The notes: generated by a model not told the origin, from the letters alone. Positions 10,446 through 25,716 are shown, counted from the first letter of the stretch. The stretch: DNA of 64,000 nt from Antedon mediterranea (GCF_964355755.1 NC_092673.1:15100948-15164947), one strand, 5' to 3'. Program-made: numbers and translations.

Positions 10446-13400
10446 TAAAGTGAGTGAAGAGCATTGCTGAGTTTTGCTGAATTTCTATCTTATCGTCCAT
10501 TTTTGTAAAAACTACACCATTTTCATGAGGACTCTTCAGTACTTTATTGTTAAAACCATTCTCTGGTTAACTAGATTAATACTATAGAGCTAAGCAATTC
10601 TTTTTAACTTTTGAATTGGTAGAGTGATGCAAGCTTTAATAGTGTGCAGCTTGTGTGGCATAAAGGATTGTATTGTATAAGTGTTACTACTTCTGTTTAC
10701 ATATTCAATATGTAGATTTATAATTAAAATTGTTGCAATAAATATAGCACATTGTTTGTGTATTTGATGTTTTATGTTTGAGCTCCAAGAAACAGTTGTT
10801 TCCTTTTATGCCTCATGTTAGATTTCTAAAAAAAAAAAAAAATTGTTTTATACAGTATAGTAATTTGACATTATTCATAATGTGTATGTAATAAAATAGG
10901 CTGAACATGTGCAATGTCAGATTAGCATTGCCACAGTAATATACATGTTATCAATAAATATTGTTTAAACTTGTCTAGATAGATTCACAAAGATGTACTA
11001 GTCAATTAATAGTATCATTGCCAATTCCTGCCATAGCCGTATACAGTAGTAGTTATTCAACATTAGAATATGTAAATTAGCTTGCTTTATAATTATACAA
11101 ATATTTAAATTATTCTTAAAAGGTGGAATTTAGTAGGCATGGCCATTACTGAACTACCCCCATTTTCTCTTATTCCTAATTTTTCTAATTTGGCAATATT
11201 CAATATAGATATTAAGAAAAATGTATTAATAAAGTTAATATATATATTCTGTATATCATCTTGAAGTTTAATAATTTAGATAAATGTCAAATGTAATAAA
11301 TTATATTTTTCATTTTAAATTAAGGATAAATATATTTACTGATATTAAGTCTTTAATAACTTACATGTTTTGTATATACCGTAGTTATATCATTTTGATA
11401 CCTACAGTAGTAATAATAATAATAATTGATGAACACAAGACAAATGTATATCTATGTCATTATTGTCATAAACTACCTAGCTATCCCTCATTTCGGGTCT
11501 GCTTTTAGTATAGGTCTAAAGGCCTATATATTATGTTTGAATGGATTTTCTTTAACCAACTAAATGGATTTACCATAATAATAAACATACCAAATGGTTA
11601 TGAATGTTGACATATATTTTCTTCCACACATCCACCTGTTTGTATCCAAATATTACGAGATAAGCTAAGTTTAAGTTTCATTGTTAGCCACCTTGTCTGT
11701 AACATAGGGAGCTTGCGACGACTTAGGACTTAATGCATATTGTGCCATTTGTCTGGACGAATGTGTAGAAAAATCAAGTGACGAAGTACTTGCCAATTTC
11801 TCTGAATGCTCAATAAATATTGCGTAACTAGGTTCTAGGTCGTTCGCAATTTGAAAGCTCCATATTAAAGCAATAGTTTATATGTACCATGCACAGATTA
11901 ACAATTTGCAGTATGTTGTGCCCGTAGTTTCATTACAACTTTTCTTGTATTGTTTTAATATCAAAGACATTATTATAATATATACACAGATTAATTTTAA
12001 TCAATTTAAGCACCATGCATTACATTACAGACAGACAATTTGACGCGTACGTTCATTCATTGTTGTAGATGGTGTTTCAACTTCTTGAAAAGAAAAAAAC
12101 AAATAGGCACACATGACGTGTTGTAATTATACTTGAGTTGTAAATAACCCCGCTAGTGGCACTAAAACAATAACTAGACTTGTAGTTAGTCTAGCTTTGT
12201 ACGTACGCATCAAATTAATTTGTTTCTCTTAATTAAAAAACCATTTGTTTTAACAGATGAAGTATACGTATAGTAGTACTTGGTTTAACATTGTAGAGAG
12301 TTGCAATCTTTTAAACATTCCTGTTTTATAAGATTTTTGTCGATATATTTTGTATTTTAGAATTTGGATTTTCAGAGTGTTTAGTTTTTTACACAGATAT
12401 ATTATATGTACAGCTTAAGAATGTTTTGCTTTGAAATAATATGCCACTTTTTTCATTACACAAATATTGTATAAAAGTATTTTACTTGAACAAATGTTAT
12501 GTGTAGTTTCATTTCATGTTTTCATTTTTGTCCATGATCATTGGTTTAAAGTTTATACGCCGATTCTGCTGCTCTGATGTTATGATATACTATAGCAAGA
12601 TGAATCATCAAAAAAATCATTTATTAAATTTGTTCATTTTATTACCCCAGGGGGCAGTTACTAGGTAGCTTTCAATTTTCAACCTATTGCCTACATAAAT
12701 TGGTGTTGGGTGGGAACTAGAATCAAAAACTGTGTTTTTGTACTCTAACCAATAGGCTTTTTCGACTGGTCTGAGGCTGGAGTACTGTAGCTCCTCGGAC
12801 TACTTGCTATTTATCTACGACTAAATTTGTTATGAGCAGTTTGAGGGGCTCATAGTCGACCAGTCAAATATACCTGAATCAAAGTGCATGTTGGTCAGTC
12901 AGCCACACCACTGACAACAGCGCAGATCCTGGTGGGGATGCGGGGGACGTATCCACCTATTTTTTTGTGGGAGGGGGAGATGGTACCCCTCATTTGTTGA
13001 CGGAATCCCCAGAATTTGTATTTGCTGTAGTGTTGATTACGAGTGCAATTTCCAATCATCTAAGTGTAATTTTCTTTAATTTTACTACTACCAGATTTGG
13101 AGGTGCTGCAAAAGACAAAGTCCCAGCTGGACCGTCTGCCCCATTATGGTTGGGTTTACCATTTATTAGTGTATGTTTGGGGAGAAGAATAAGTAACCTA
13201 ATTTAGATACCGCACAGGTGACCATTAAGTCCAAGAGCATTAGTTCGTAAGTATAGGCAGACCCGGACATTTCTGGTAACAAGCTGATTTTTTCAGAAAA
13301 GGTCCAGAACTATGATTGGAACATCATACTAAAAGTCCCGAAAAATCCTCCTTGTGCTCTCCGAGAAATCCAAGATGGCGTCCAAAATGTTGACCATTTT

Positions 13401-13826
13401 AATTGGTCTATAACTTTGTAACCGCTTGTCATAGATAATTGATTTTGATGTCAAATAGTTCACAATATATACATTCATATTTGCTCTAATAGAAAATTTT
13501 GTAAAAAAATGGCCGGTACTGCAGTTTCTGGCAGTTTGACCTTTGCCTGGTCTTATTATATCTTGGTAATGGCTTCGGGAATGGCTTGTCTTAGAGAAGT
13601 GCAATTAGGCCCAAATTGTTCAGAACATGCATATTTTTATTTAGTGTAATGAAATATTTTATCCAAAAATGACCGGAAGTGAGGTTATTGACCTCTTATT
13701 GACCTATCCATATATCTTTTACAGTATTCCAGACAACTGTAACATAATAAGTATCTAATATATTTTGATACTAGAAATCCAGTGGAATTATTTTTTACTT
13801 GCCAATACTGTACATCCAAGGTTTAA

Positions 13827-16800
13827 GAGCCATTGTCTGTAAAAATCAAAGATTTGGTGGCAGATGTAAAAAAATGGATTTCTCTCAAATTTTTACCATG
13901 AATAGACATTTCACTAAAAAGCATATCTACATCATTCATTTGAATTTTTAGCCTCCGTTGCCATGACAATGGTCAATTATCCAAATTTTGATGTTTTTGC
14001 CATTTTTCACAGATTTTCTTTAGTGAAAAAGTACAAACTTGTATACTTATTTTAACCAAAAATACTTACAGTATACAGTTTTTGTTTGTAGCAGTGTAAA
14101 CAACATGTATTGAGTTCCATTTAATGTAAAAAAAAAAAAAATACAAAATGGAGTTTGGTTGATACCATTATTTTAAAAAGGGGTGTTTTTAAAAAATATT
14201 TTTTTTATAAAAGTATACCTCATAAACGTACCTATAACTTCCAAAGTGGTGTTTTTAAATCAATGAGGTTTTTTAATTTGATAGTCAATAGGTTTGTCAA
14301 CAATAATCACGGAAAAAACACTGGGGTAAATTTCGTACATAGGTTTTGTGTTGCCAGGAAAATACGAAAAATACAAAAAATATAATAAAATATCAACAAA
14401 CAAAACACATGAAACACAATTTAAATATGGCTAATCCAATAATAAAATGTATATGTGGCTTGTCATAATGCTACTAGAGTCATACGAATAGTTTAGATAA
14501 AATAGGAGAATGTGTTGCCAGGTTTATTTCAATTAATTGCCAGAAAAACAGTATTTTGCATTGAAATATTTAGTTGATGGAAAATAATGTTAAACTTGGA
14601 AATAATTGCGTCAATGGTTTTTATAAATTTTTAAATCTATTTTGTGTAAAGAGATACAGAAAGACCTCCCAAAAAATCTGACCTTGAAATAGGTCATTTA
14701 AGGTCAAAAGGGGTCAGAATGCAAAACAGGACAGGTCCCCACTTTACTACAACTATTAATGTTTGATCAACATTTACAAGATAGTTCATAACAATTCTCA
14801 ACAATTTTCATATTTTACCTAATGTGTTACCTTAGCAACCATTTCTATGTGTAACTAAGGAAAGTAATTTTTAAAAAAATGTAAAAAATGGCGTTTTTAT
14901 AAATACAAAGAATTGATTGCATTTGTAATTTTTCTCAATTTTACTTCTACTGCATTCCATTAATGACAAACTTGACCTTGTAAATTCATTCATTTTAGGT
15001 CAACATTTTACCATAGCAACTGTTTCTATGCGAAAAGGGGTTTTTCATAAATACAAAACATTTTTTCTACATAGTTTTACATTTCTACTTTTTGCCAAAT
15101 TTACTTTAAATACTGAATCCTAATAATCTCAGAAAGAAAGTCTTGACGAATATGAATAAATGTAAAAAAAATAAAATATGGAGTTTTCATGAAAAAAAAA
15201 ATTACATATTGAGGTCAAATGACATCAACATTTTACCTATAGTGTATTGATTGTAGCAACTGTTTCTATACTAACTAATTACAATATTTTTAATATGGGG
15301 TTTCATGACTACAAACATTTGATTACATAGCTTTACTACCTTTTCCCAAATTTACTTATCTACTGAATCCCAGAAAATGTCTGACCTTGTGAAAGGGTTA
15401 TTTGTTGGGTCAAGTTATGTCAAAATGTATTATTTATGTTATCTTAGAACCTGTTTCTATGCATAACTAAGGATAATTGCTGCTCTAGCCCGCTACGTCA
15501 CACGAGATGACTCATTCATTAGATGAAATCAAGCAGCAGTATAGTACTACACTTTGACATTTTTGTTAAAATGGAAACTCGACTATAATTTATAGGTACC
15601 ACCTGTTGAATCCAAAAAACGGCTGAGAAAAGAGTCTAATGACAAATCATAAAGCATTTCTGGTATTTATGAGTCCCATGATATTACTATAATTCACTGT
15701 CAGATAATCATTGAATTATTATCAAAACAGTCCATTGAAGTTTTTGTTTGTAATAGGATACCTGAAGTATCTAGGCTTGATGAAGTGACCCCAGACTTGA
15801 CCTTAGCAATAACAATAAGCAAGCAGCGTTTTTTGTAAGAAATATTCTTGTTTAAATACAGTTCAAGAACCTCCCGTAAGTGGCCACCCTCGGGACCTGG
15901 AAAAGTGGCCGCTTATAATTGTAGGCCTATTATTATTTATAATCAGGTGGTTTAGTATTTTTTAGCATTTTCAGACAAATTTTAAAAACTTTTATCATAT
16001 GAAAAATGGTCGGTCAAAATCAGTGTAGTTTTCTCATCTCTTCACAGTAATGTTTTTAAAACCTCTTCAAAATAAAGCTAATATATAAAGAAATACAATA
16101 AACATGCACCTCTAATTCATAGGTCCATGCAATAAGTATCACATTTTTCGATTGGCCGCTTACTAAAAATCTCATTTTTTGTATAAAAAGGTGCCCGCAG
16201 CTGCTTACGGTAAAGCACCAAATGCACTAATTAGATAGGAAGAACAAACAGGCTTTTCAAAGTGCGTCCGTTAAGGGAGGTGGCCGCTGTAAATAAAATA
16301 TGGCGTTTTCATGAATAAAAATAATCACAGAAGAAAGTGCTTACGAATATGACCTTGTGAAACGGTAATTTAAAAATGCAAATAAGGCATTGCCTGCTAA
16401 TAATCTACAAATTAAAATTAAATTTGTATAAGATAAATATGCAAAATCTAAAGAATATCTCAATTTTAGTTACCATAGTAACTGTTGCTATGCATAACTA
16501 AGGGAAATTAAATAATTATCAGATAATTATTAATTAATAATTAATACTGAATCCAAACACACCGTTAAAAAAATATAGAATTTAAAACCAATATTTAATA
16601 ATAAAGTGTGATATTTTACATGCTGACCTTAAATGAAATGAAATTTCAAATCAGGGCTTCTATATTTGTTATGTAGCATTAACATACCTGAGTATATCAT
16701 TGACTTTTGATTGGTTCTATTTTGGGGAGGGAAAAGTGGTGGATCCAGGACTTTTAAATAGTTAGGAGGTTGAAGGCGAGGGTCTAAAAACTTAACTTTA

Positions 16801-17913
16801 TGTTCTATCTTTTGCATTGCAATTGTTAACTTGGGGTGGGTGGGGCTTGGAGAAAGGGGGAGGGGGTGGGATGGAGGAGTTTGAATCTGTCTATTCATTG
16901 GGGCGATAGTAGCGGCAGTGTGGGTGGTGCTTGAATGCATGCATTTGACACTCTATAGTGGATGATCGACCAAAGTGTTGCAGTTTATCTTTTTGTGGTT
17001 ATAGTCGGGGTGGGGGGGGGGGGATGGTAGTCGAAAATGGTGGTTGATGGGCATGTGGGATCTGCTTAGGTTAGCAAATAAAACAAGTAAACAAATGAAA
17101 GAGGAGCTTCAAAATAAGAGAGGAGTAATCTGTTGCAAAGATTAAAATTCACAACGATCTGATAATTTATTCAAATTTCCAGAGGATATAACCTATAAAA
17201 TGACATTAAAACTGGGAATTACAGAATCTATAATAATTTCTCACAACACAACTAGAACTATATAAAACATTAAGAATTTTTCTGACCAATGAGTTTCAAA
17301 TCAAATAATCAAAGAAAATAAAATGTTTTTACTAATATACCATGTTTTTTTTAATATAAAAATGCCTATGTTTCTCGCAACACTGCTTGCAGATTTTAAA
17401 TTTATCCCAGTATTTTATTTTAGAAATCAATTATTAAACATTGGAACTACCTATTTGTAATAAATCAGCTAAAAAAATACACCACTTTGGGCGTTATGGT
17501 GAAGTAAAGTTTAGTTGCATTGAACAATTAAAAAAAAGTGAAAAACACCCCTTTTTAAATAAATGGTATCTCCCAAAGTATGAAATAAAAAAAAAATAAA
17601 AAATTTGAAACAGGTGCACAATGCATTGTTATTATGCATACACTAATTATTTTTTATAATTAAATGAACAAAACAAAAATATCGTTCATCAAAGTAGTAC
17701 CAATATCCATTTTAAAAAACCTTAAAAAAGGACAAAATTTGTCAAAAACACAAATTTGGCCGTTGCCATGGAAATATACGTGTGAAATAAAAAATACTTC
17801 ATATTTGATTTCTCTCAACACATATATAGCCATGTGCAAAATTTGAAAGAAATCCATTTTTTTGAGTCTGCCACTCTTTTTGATATTTCTTTGATTCTTA
17901 CAGACAATGGCTC
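13827..17913. mobile_element. Non-autonomous Sola3-type element nested in the Academ left end
   Basis: TTAA|GAGCCATTGTCTGTAA...TTACAGACAATGGCTC|TTAA; GAG termini, TTAA TSD and long imperfect TIRs. Confidence 0.75.
15858..16291. mobile_element. Degenerate pogo/mariner-like MITE inside the Sola3 element
   Basis: TACAGTT..AACCTCCCGTAAGTGGCCACC start; AAGGGAGGTGGCCGCTGTA end. Confidence 0.45.
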
Positions 17914-19659
17914 TTAATACCTGTAAGTGTACAAAAATGATTGGCATAGAGGGCGACATTTTCTACTACAAAGCACAGCCATTGGATACAAGTTTTAAAC
18001 TAGGCCTACTAGGCCTATTGTTTATGCAACAAGATAATATTTTAAAATATTGGGGTAAAGTTTGATTCTTATTTATTTCAAAATATTAAACTAGGTAACC
18101 TAATGCGTCTATGATATTCACTTAAACAGAAGTATTGACTTGTTTTTGTAAATACAGGTGGTATTGGATTTATGTAATATGACAGGCCTAGCTAGGCTAG
18201 GCCTAGGCCTAGCCTAGCCTACATTCGTCATTAGGCTTTAGATAACCTTTGTAGGCCTAGGCTAGACTAGCCTAGGGCCTAGGCCTAAATATCTGTGAAA
18301 CTGGCATGATTTCAAAATCTTCAATTAATGATATACTATATATAATAATTATTATATAAGGTAACAGTTATTGTTTAATTACACTATTATAATATTTGTA
18401 ACAATTTATATCTTTCTGATTTAAATTGTAGGTTATTAATATTGTTTATTTTATTGCAAATGAAATCCCAACAAGCATCTTTTCAAGCTTCAAGTTTGAA
18501 ACTAAAATCTTTAGTACAGTTGTAAGTAACACACTTCAGACCTATTTAATATTTTGAAAATACTGTATCAATCATGAAATTCTTATTAATATACAAAAAT
18601 AGGCACATGAGCCAAACCAGAAGCATTTACCGTTTATTTATTTATAAAAGTTTAGGGAATAAGTAATTCGGTCTTTCGTACCCTATTTAGAATACGGTAA
18701 TGGAGTATTGTAGCAGTCAAACGATGTCCAAAGCTGGAAGTATCCTAAGCTGGAAGTAAATAAACTATACGGAGTGTAGAAACCACACAATATCCACACG
18801 AAGCGCGTAGTACGGTACAATAATTGAAACACGATAACATACAGTAACACGTAGTAAAATATGTAAAGTTAAAACGCTAAATATCAAAATGTAATAGTGC
18901 TAATAATTAGGACAACTAATTATTATCGTTAAACTCGTAAAGATATTTTGCTCATAAATTGTCGTTGTCTTCTCGTTGAAAACTTGACGCCGAGAGAGAG
19001 ATCGCTCGTTGCGCGTTCGCTATATTTACAACAACAGCAATTTGCATAACTTCTACGCGTTGAGCGCACACACGCAAATATATATGTGCATCACATTTGT
19101 AAACAAACAGTATCCATAGAGGAGGTATAAATTGTCATTTCAGAAAATGGGCGAGCCTTGTGTTATCTGTAAAGAAACATTATCTGAAACTGTTGTCACT
19201 GTAGGGGAGAAAGGGCGAAAGACACTAGTCATTTCAAGTAAAGAACGAGGAGATGGATTGCATAATTGCAAAGGACACCATTCTCTGTCCATGCTTCATG
19301 CCGAAAAAATTATACAAGTAAGAATTCCATCGCAACTAAAAAAAGAAAGTCTGTTTGTCTGGAAGAAAGTGAGGAAGTGCCCCAGTTGCGTTCAAATAAT
19401 TCCTAATTACTTAACATAAAAGATGAATGTCTGTTCTGTACAGAGCGTATTTATGATAGCAAGATTGCATGTCATAGAAGAAAGGAGGTGAGCAATGTTG
19501 AAACTTTAACTTTCCAAGAAAGAGTATTACATCAGGCAAGAGAAAGAGGTGATGAATGGGGAGACCGTGTAGTAGAACGTATACAACTTTCGTATGATCT
19601 TGTTGCAGCAGTGAAGCAGAGGCAAAGTACCATAGAATGTGTGCACAAATGTTCCTTAA

Positions 19660-20814
19660 AGTGGAGGTGTACTCAGGGCTTTTCCTTCTGTTATTTACTT
19701 CAGTATTTTAATATTAGTAGGTACAAATATAAAAAATCATATCAAAATAAGCAGTTTCTGAGAAATCAGAAAAATAAAAAAATGTTCAAAAATATCGAAA
19801 ACTCGCTGTATATTTTTTTTCAGAAGTTAGGTAATGACCTTAGTTGTAGGTCACGTTACCGTGTTATGTTATGTCACGTCTCCTCATCTCTCGGATTGCT
19901 CGAGCTGACGAGACGCGCTAACAACACGTGTATCATTTTCGTCTCCCTGCTCATAATAATAGATGTCCTATCGAACGAACACAATTTATTATTGTCTTGC
20001 CTTTTGTTATTACATTTTGCGTCTACTCTGGTATATAAGTGCCATAACAAGTCACATAGATATCAATCAAGTGAGGTTAATTTCCATTCGTCGCTCTGTT
20101 GCTGGGGCCTAGCCTAGGCCCAGTCTGATTTCGCCGTTTGTGATGATTGTATGGGCCTGGTTCTGGTTCAAACGCATAACCATGTGTTTCTGGTCTAGGC
20201 CTACGATTAAACCATGGAGGTAAGTTATACCTCCATGATTAAACATTGCAGTTTGATCCGTCTATATTTTCAAATAACCACGCAAAACAATCTTAATCTT
20301 AGACATTATTCGTATGTATTTTATATCCTAGTTTGTCGAGGAGATCGATCGAGTCGAGCGCGAATCGCAAAAGAGTAAAAAAGCCGAAAGGCCGCGCATG
20401 CGCAAATTGATTGACTCCCTAGAAAGTAAAAATTACCAACTTTGCTAAGTGGGTAGTTTTTTTTAATTACGTTAATTACGCAAAAATGAATTGGTCAAGC
20501 CCTTAAAAACACATCGGGAATGAAAAATTCGGCTTCCGAAGAATCTGAAAACATATATGTATAATATTTCTGGAACTTACATATATTTTTAAAGAATTTT
20601 TGAAAACGCATCGTTTTTTTTCAATGTACAGGCAAATGAAGAGGGAAAAAGGTTTGTAATTTGAACTATCCCCCCAGATGGCATTTTTTAATGTTTTTCA
20701 GAATAACTATGCAGCATACAACAAATTAAAAAAATACCTTAATTTAGATGAAAGTAATGTTTATTATGAACTGAATAAAATAAAAATTTGAAATTTTTTG
20801 AGAGCACCTCCACT
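19660..20814. mobile_element. Non-autonomous Kolobok-type element inserted in the Academ transposase
   Basis: TTAA|AGTGGAGGTGTACTCA...TGAGAGCACCTCCACT|TTAA; removing it restores ...CAQMFLKNTEKSEE... Confidence 0.8.
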
Positions 20815-21292
20815 TTAAGAATACTGAAAAGTCAGAAGAAAATATTAATATCAAAGACAAAGCATTCACTATGTTGTGCAAGTTTTTCAATGATAATGAT
20901 GATCGTAAATATTCACTACAGGAGCTTTCAGACCACATGAACAAATATCTGAATGGAAATGAAGGGTACTCTTTGAAGCATCTCAAAATTAAACTCAAGA
21001 AACAGTATGGAGATGACATTGTTTTTACCAACATTACTGGAATGTCTAGTATAGTAGGCTTCCGGGACTCAGCACACAAGATCCTTCATGAAAAGTGGAT
21101 CACAGATAAGGTGTTACTGTTAGATGTAAATTATACTAAAAATGATCGTATAATTGATATGGCTGCTTCTATCATTCTAAATGAAATTAGATTATCTGTA
21201 TACGACTGTAACGAATACACAACATTGGAAACAACAGATAATGGAGATAAATTGATACCCAGTTCTCTTAAGCGTTTCTTACATCATTTAAT

Positions 21293-22143
21293 CTACAATC
21301 TATTATTGATAAAAATGTTGCTAATATATCAAAATGGTTTAAAACAAACAAACTAACAATTAACGTTAAGAAAACCAAATTCATGCTATTTAGTTCCAAA
21401 CATAATTTTCCAAACTTTTGTAATATTTCTTGTTTAATTAATGATAACATTGTAGATAGGGTCGATAGTTTTAAGTATTCAGGAATCACGTTTGATACAT
21501 TTTATACGTGCTCAAAGATTTCCCAACGTATTGGTGTTATACGTAGATTAAGAAGTTTCATTCCAAATTTTTCTCTTAAGCTCTTATCTTAGCAAATGCC
21601 TTTGTTTTACCAATTTTTTTTATTATTGTAGTCCCGTTTGGTCCAACTGTTCATCAGCGCACCTTAACTCACACCAAATATTGTTAAATAGACTTGCCAG
21701 AATTATCTTATATGCTGATATTAGAACACCTGTTGATTATCTCATGACATCACTTAATTGGAAACATATAAATCAACGATGGGACCATAATATTCTTATA
21801 ATGACCTCAAATCGAAAAACACTTTAGTTTTAACAAAATGGCATAATGATTCTGGTAAAAGAACATTTCAATACCGCTCAGTCAAAATGGAATAATCTTT
21901 CACCAGATATTCGCAGCTCTATAAATTCATTAACTTTGCAATCGTTTAAAAATTTGATCTAACTGGTTTTTTTCTCCTGCTTCTTGTGATATTGTAAGTA
22001 GTCTTTAAAAACGTTTTCATAATTTTCCATTTTTATTGTTTATATTTGTAATTTGTAAGTGTTAACTGGACTTCAAGGAAGAACAATGTACAAATATTGA
22101 ATGAATATCCAGAATAAAGAAAGATTTCTATCTATCTATCTAT
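21293..22143 (+). mobile_element. 5'-truncated CR1/L2-clade LINE 3' fragment
   Basis: NKLTINVKKTKFMLF, FKYSGITFD, KISQRIGVIRRLR, YCSPVW; AATAAA then a (TCTA)n tail. Confidence 0.85.
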
Positions 22144-23225
22144 AATAGATGGCAGGAGCCAAAATAGCACAGTTTATGATAGAAGATACATCCATTGGAC
22201 ATGCAATAATTTCTGCAAGCAGACCTAGGTTGTTTTTCTCATCACTTTTGCTTGGAATAGCTGTGTATACATCGCAAATATGCATCACATGAATTGATTG
22301 ATATATTGAGCAGTATGAGTTTTGCTGATACAGTGATAGTTACAAAGAGGTACAAGGTTTCGAGAATGCTCTGATATCAAGAGGTGAACAAACATATAAC
22401 TAACCTGAATGGTTTCACACAGTTTATATTTGACAATGCTGACTTCAATGTAGCAACATTCACTGGTCGCAACACGTTCCATAGTATGGGTGGACTAGCA
22501 TGTGTGACTCCTCCTGGGAGTGTAGATGATTCGCCAATACGAAGGAGGAAGGAGGAAACTTCTCCGATCAAACAATGAACAGTCGTTGATGCGGTTACTG
22601 AAAACATCTGGAGGTATGACACATGGACGGAGTATTACCGACAGTACATTAACAAAGTGGGTTCATGCACTACCTGGCTGTGTAGGTACAACGTTTCGAG
22701 AATGCTCTGATATCAAGAGGTGAACAAACATATAACTTGAATGGTTTCACAAAGTTTATATTTGACAATGCTGACTTCAATGTAGCAACAGTCACTGTTA
22801 ACAACACGTTCCATAGTATGGGTGAACTAGCATGTGTGACTCTTCCTGGGAGTGTAGATGATTCGCCAATACCACGTACGGTGAAATTACCATCAACAGA
22901 AATAGTTGGAGCCTTTGGACACATCCCAATAAAAACGTATACAAAACCTGCTGTTTCCGGTTGAAAAACTGTTGTTGTAGATCCCATCAAGAGCCACAAC
23001 AAAAATCGCCAGGCTCTGTGTTTAGCAGTTGTACTTGACTACCTCTGGGTTGCTGGTTTTACTATTGAACTTGCCCCGTGTCCGTCATGGAATGGGTTCA
23101 TGCAAGTGGCTATGCGAGGTGGCATATATGAGACATCGAGGATAGAGACTCTACCGTTCATTAATTTGAACCCTTCAAATCCATGCACAAGGACTATGTG
23201 AAAAGCATGGACTGAATGTATGCCG

Positions 23226-23387
23226 GTTACGTTTGACCAACCGTTGTATATCAAAGCAGCTGAGATTGTTTCTTCTTCGGTTACGTTTGACCAACCGTTG
23301 TATATCAAAGCAGCTGAGATTGTTTCTTCTTCGGTTACGTTTGACCAACCGTTGTATATCAAAGCAGCTGAGATTGTTCCTTCTTCG
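23226..23387 (+). repeat. 54-bp in-frame triplication within the Academ transposase
   Basis: VTFDQPLYIKAAEIV(S/P)SS x3. Confidence 0.95.
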
Positions 23388-24685
23388 GAAGATTTAACAG
23401 TAATAGTGCGTCTCGGGGATTCCACCTCCTTATGTCTTATCTGGGTAGCATAGGTAATATCATGTCAAGAAGTGGTCTAGCTGAGCTTTGGGAGACGGTA
23501 TACGCAAAAGGAACTGTTGTACATAATGTTAACTGGACATGCTTTTTCTCGAGCTGTACGTGGTCACATCCTTACTTCAGCTGCCCTTATGTCTGTCTTG
23601 CTGGCTACACCAGGCACATTGGATAACATTGACAACGATTCCATATAACAAATTTGCAGAAGCTGCCTTGATCGAGAAAATGATTTCACTGAGTTAGCCA
23701 AAGATGAATGTGTAAATAGATTACAAAATGTAATTTTGCAACTACTTGATCAGACTAAAAATCAAAGTAGAACTGGAAAGCTGTGGGTTCAATACATCAG
23801 ACAGGTGACCATCATACAACACTTCATTCGAGTTGAAAGAACAGGGCACTGGGAACTCCATCTTGGTTGTATAAAGGAAATGATTCCATATTTTCATGCC
23901 GCAGGACATCTTTCCTACGCCAAATCAGGAAGGTTGTACTTGCAGCAGATGGAAGGCTTAAAGGACACAATGGCCACACACGAGTACAACCTATTTACCG
24001 AAAAGGGATATTTCACCATTCGCCAATCAGATTCATTCTGGGTAGGAAACTTCTCCGATCAAACAATTGAACAGTCGTTGATGCGGTTACTGAAAACATC
24101 TGGAGGTATGACACATGGACGGGGTATTACCGACAGTACATTAACAAAAATCCTGTAACTGTCTACAACATTAATGAAATTCAAAATACTATAGGCGACA
24201 CTAAGAATCACTTGATGTTTGTACATGCTGTATTAAACGGGATGCGACACGGTTTCTGTAATCTATCGACAAGGAAAGCGTAGCATTTAACATGATTCAT
24301 AAAAGACAAGAATATGATTTGGTGGACACGTTCACAACTACAAGTAGTCATGACGAGGTGAGAAAAGCTGGAGAAATGTTCATACTTAAACTATATGGAG
24401 CAGCCCAACAATTTAAATCACTTGATGAATACCGACACATTGCATATAAACGGGCAATCAGTCGTAGTTCTATAAGTTCAGAATTTCAGTTGGCAAGTCT
24501 ACCTCCAACTAGTGCGGCAGCAAAGCAACATTCATACCGCACTTATTTAACAGTTCAGGATTGGATGGATCGAAACAGAACGTCCTGTTGCTCCTGATAC
24601 TTTACTCAATATGGTATCATGTGGGTGCAAAGAGGATGGCTGTATAAGTTTGACATGTACACTTCTATGTGTATTAAATGTTTAA

Positions 24686-25311
24686 AGCCCCATTCCCTAC
24701 GTTTTTTAGATCTAATTTAAGATCACAAACTATATTTAATGTAAAAATAATACTATATGGTCCTATTGCGATATCTTTTTTCGTCTTTAAATGGTTAAAA
24801 ATGTGAAAAATAAATCGATTCTAATAATTATAGCGGCCCGCTATAAATCCCAAAATGCATTGCGCGCGGATTGATATTTTTGTTTTTCACCTGTAATTCG
24901 CCCACTTTTCGATCGATCGTGAAGCCAAAACAAATGGAAGACTCCTAACTTTTCAGCGAAAATACCGGGTTTTCCCCAATTTGTATCAACGGAGTCTGGC
25001 AAAAATAGAAAGACAATTAATGCAGCAACTATGCAACGTCAGGCTAGGTATATAGCTAGCGTACGATGTTCGTACGTTATCGATGTTTACCAGCTAGGCC
25101 TACAAAACTAAGCCTAGCTAGGCTAGGCCCAAGACCGTCCACGAGAGGTCGATCGCCGCGAGCTACTTAGGTAGTACATTGTTTCTCACTTTTTATCATA
25201 ATTTACCATAAAACGTACATTTAAGACAAGGAATGACATGGTTTAATGTTTTTAAAGTGATATATATGTATTATTTTCCAAAAAACGTCCAAAATTGCAG
25301 GGAAGGGGTCT
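24686..25311. mobile_element. Kolobok-type MITE family B, full copy
   Basis: TTAA|AGCCCCATTCCCTAC...GCAGGGAAGGGGTCT|TTAA; further copies at 42946 and 57545. Confidence 0.8.
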
Positions 25312-25603
25312 TTAACTCCCAACCAATAATATTGGATGATCATGATGTGCAAGATTAAGCAACAAACACCAATGTTGAACTTGAAGATGGAACATCAGAT
25401 GATGAATTACTGTAACAGAATGCTGCTGATCAATGTTGAAGGGATTTGAACTACTGTAAGTAGTGTTCATATAAATCATATATTGGCCTATGACGATAAT
25501 TGTTATGTCTTTAAACAGTTAAAAATGTGAAGAATAAGTATAGGTATGTCCAGGTAGAGAACGTTTGACGAGAACTACGTAGGGTACATTCTCTTTTTAT
25601 CAT

Positions 25604-25716
25604 AAACAAGGCCATATACATGGCTGCAGTCGCGTGCTCAAATTTGAGTTGGTGTTTACCAACCGATCAACCGACCGACATAGTGAGCTGTAGCGAGTTG
25701 CGTTGCACGCGACTAA
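25604..25716 (-). mobile_element. DINE-1/HINE-like (Helentron non-autonomous) element inside a deleted Kolobok-B remnant (~25480-25817)
   Basis: Sub-TIRs AGTCGCGTGC, GTCG microsatellite and GGCCAT..ATGGC stem-loop. Confidence 0.55.

Larger units (their letters stand above)
19148..24685 (+). pseudogene. Academ transposase pseudogene (frameshifts, three insertions, internal duplications)
   Basis: Motifs in order: EAKYHxxC, QFIFDNADFN..TFHSMG, PSWNGFM, VTFDQPLY, RLG.FH..MS.LGSIG, RTGKLW, ERTG.W.LHL, SDQTIEQ.LMR, GCDT, LPPT.AAA.QHS.R, terminal CxC cluster. Confidence 0.85.

Noticed and set aside
19488-20117. 209-aa ORF as an intact gene
   Set aside because: Only the start is Academ transposase; it shifts frame and reads through into the Kolobok insertion at 19660
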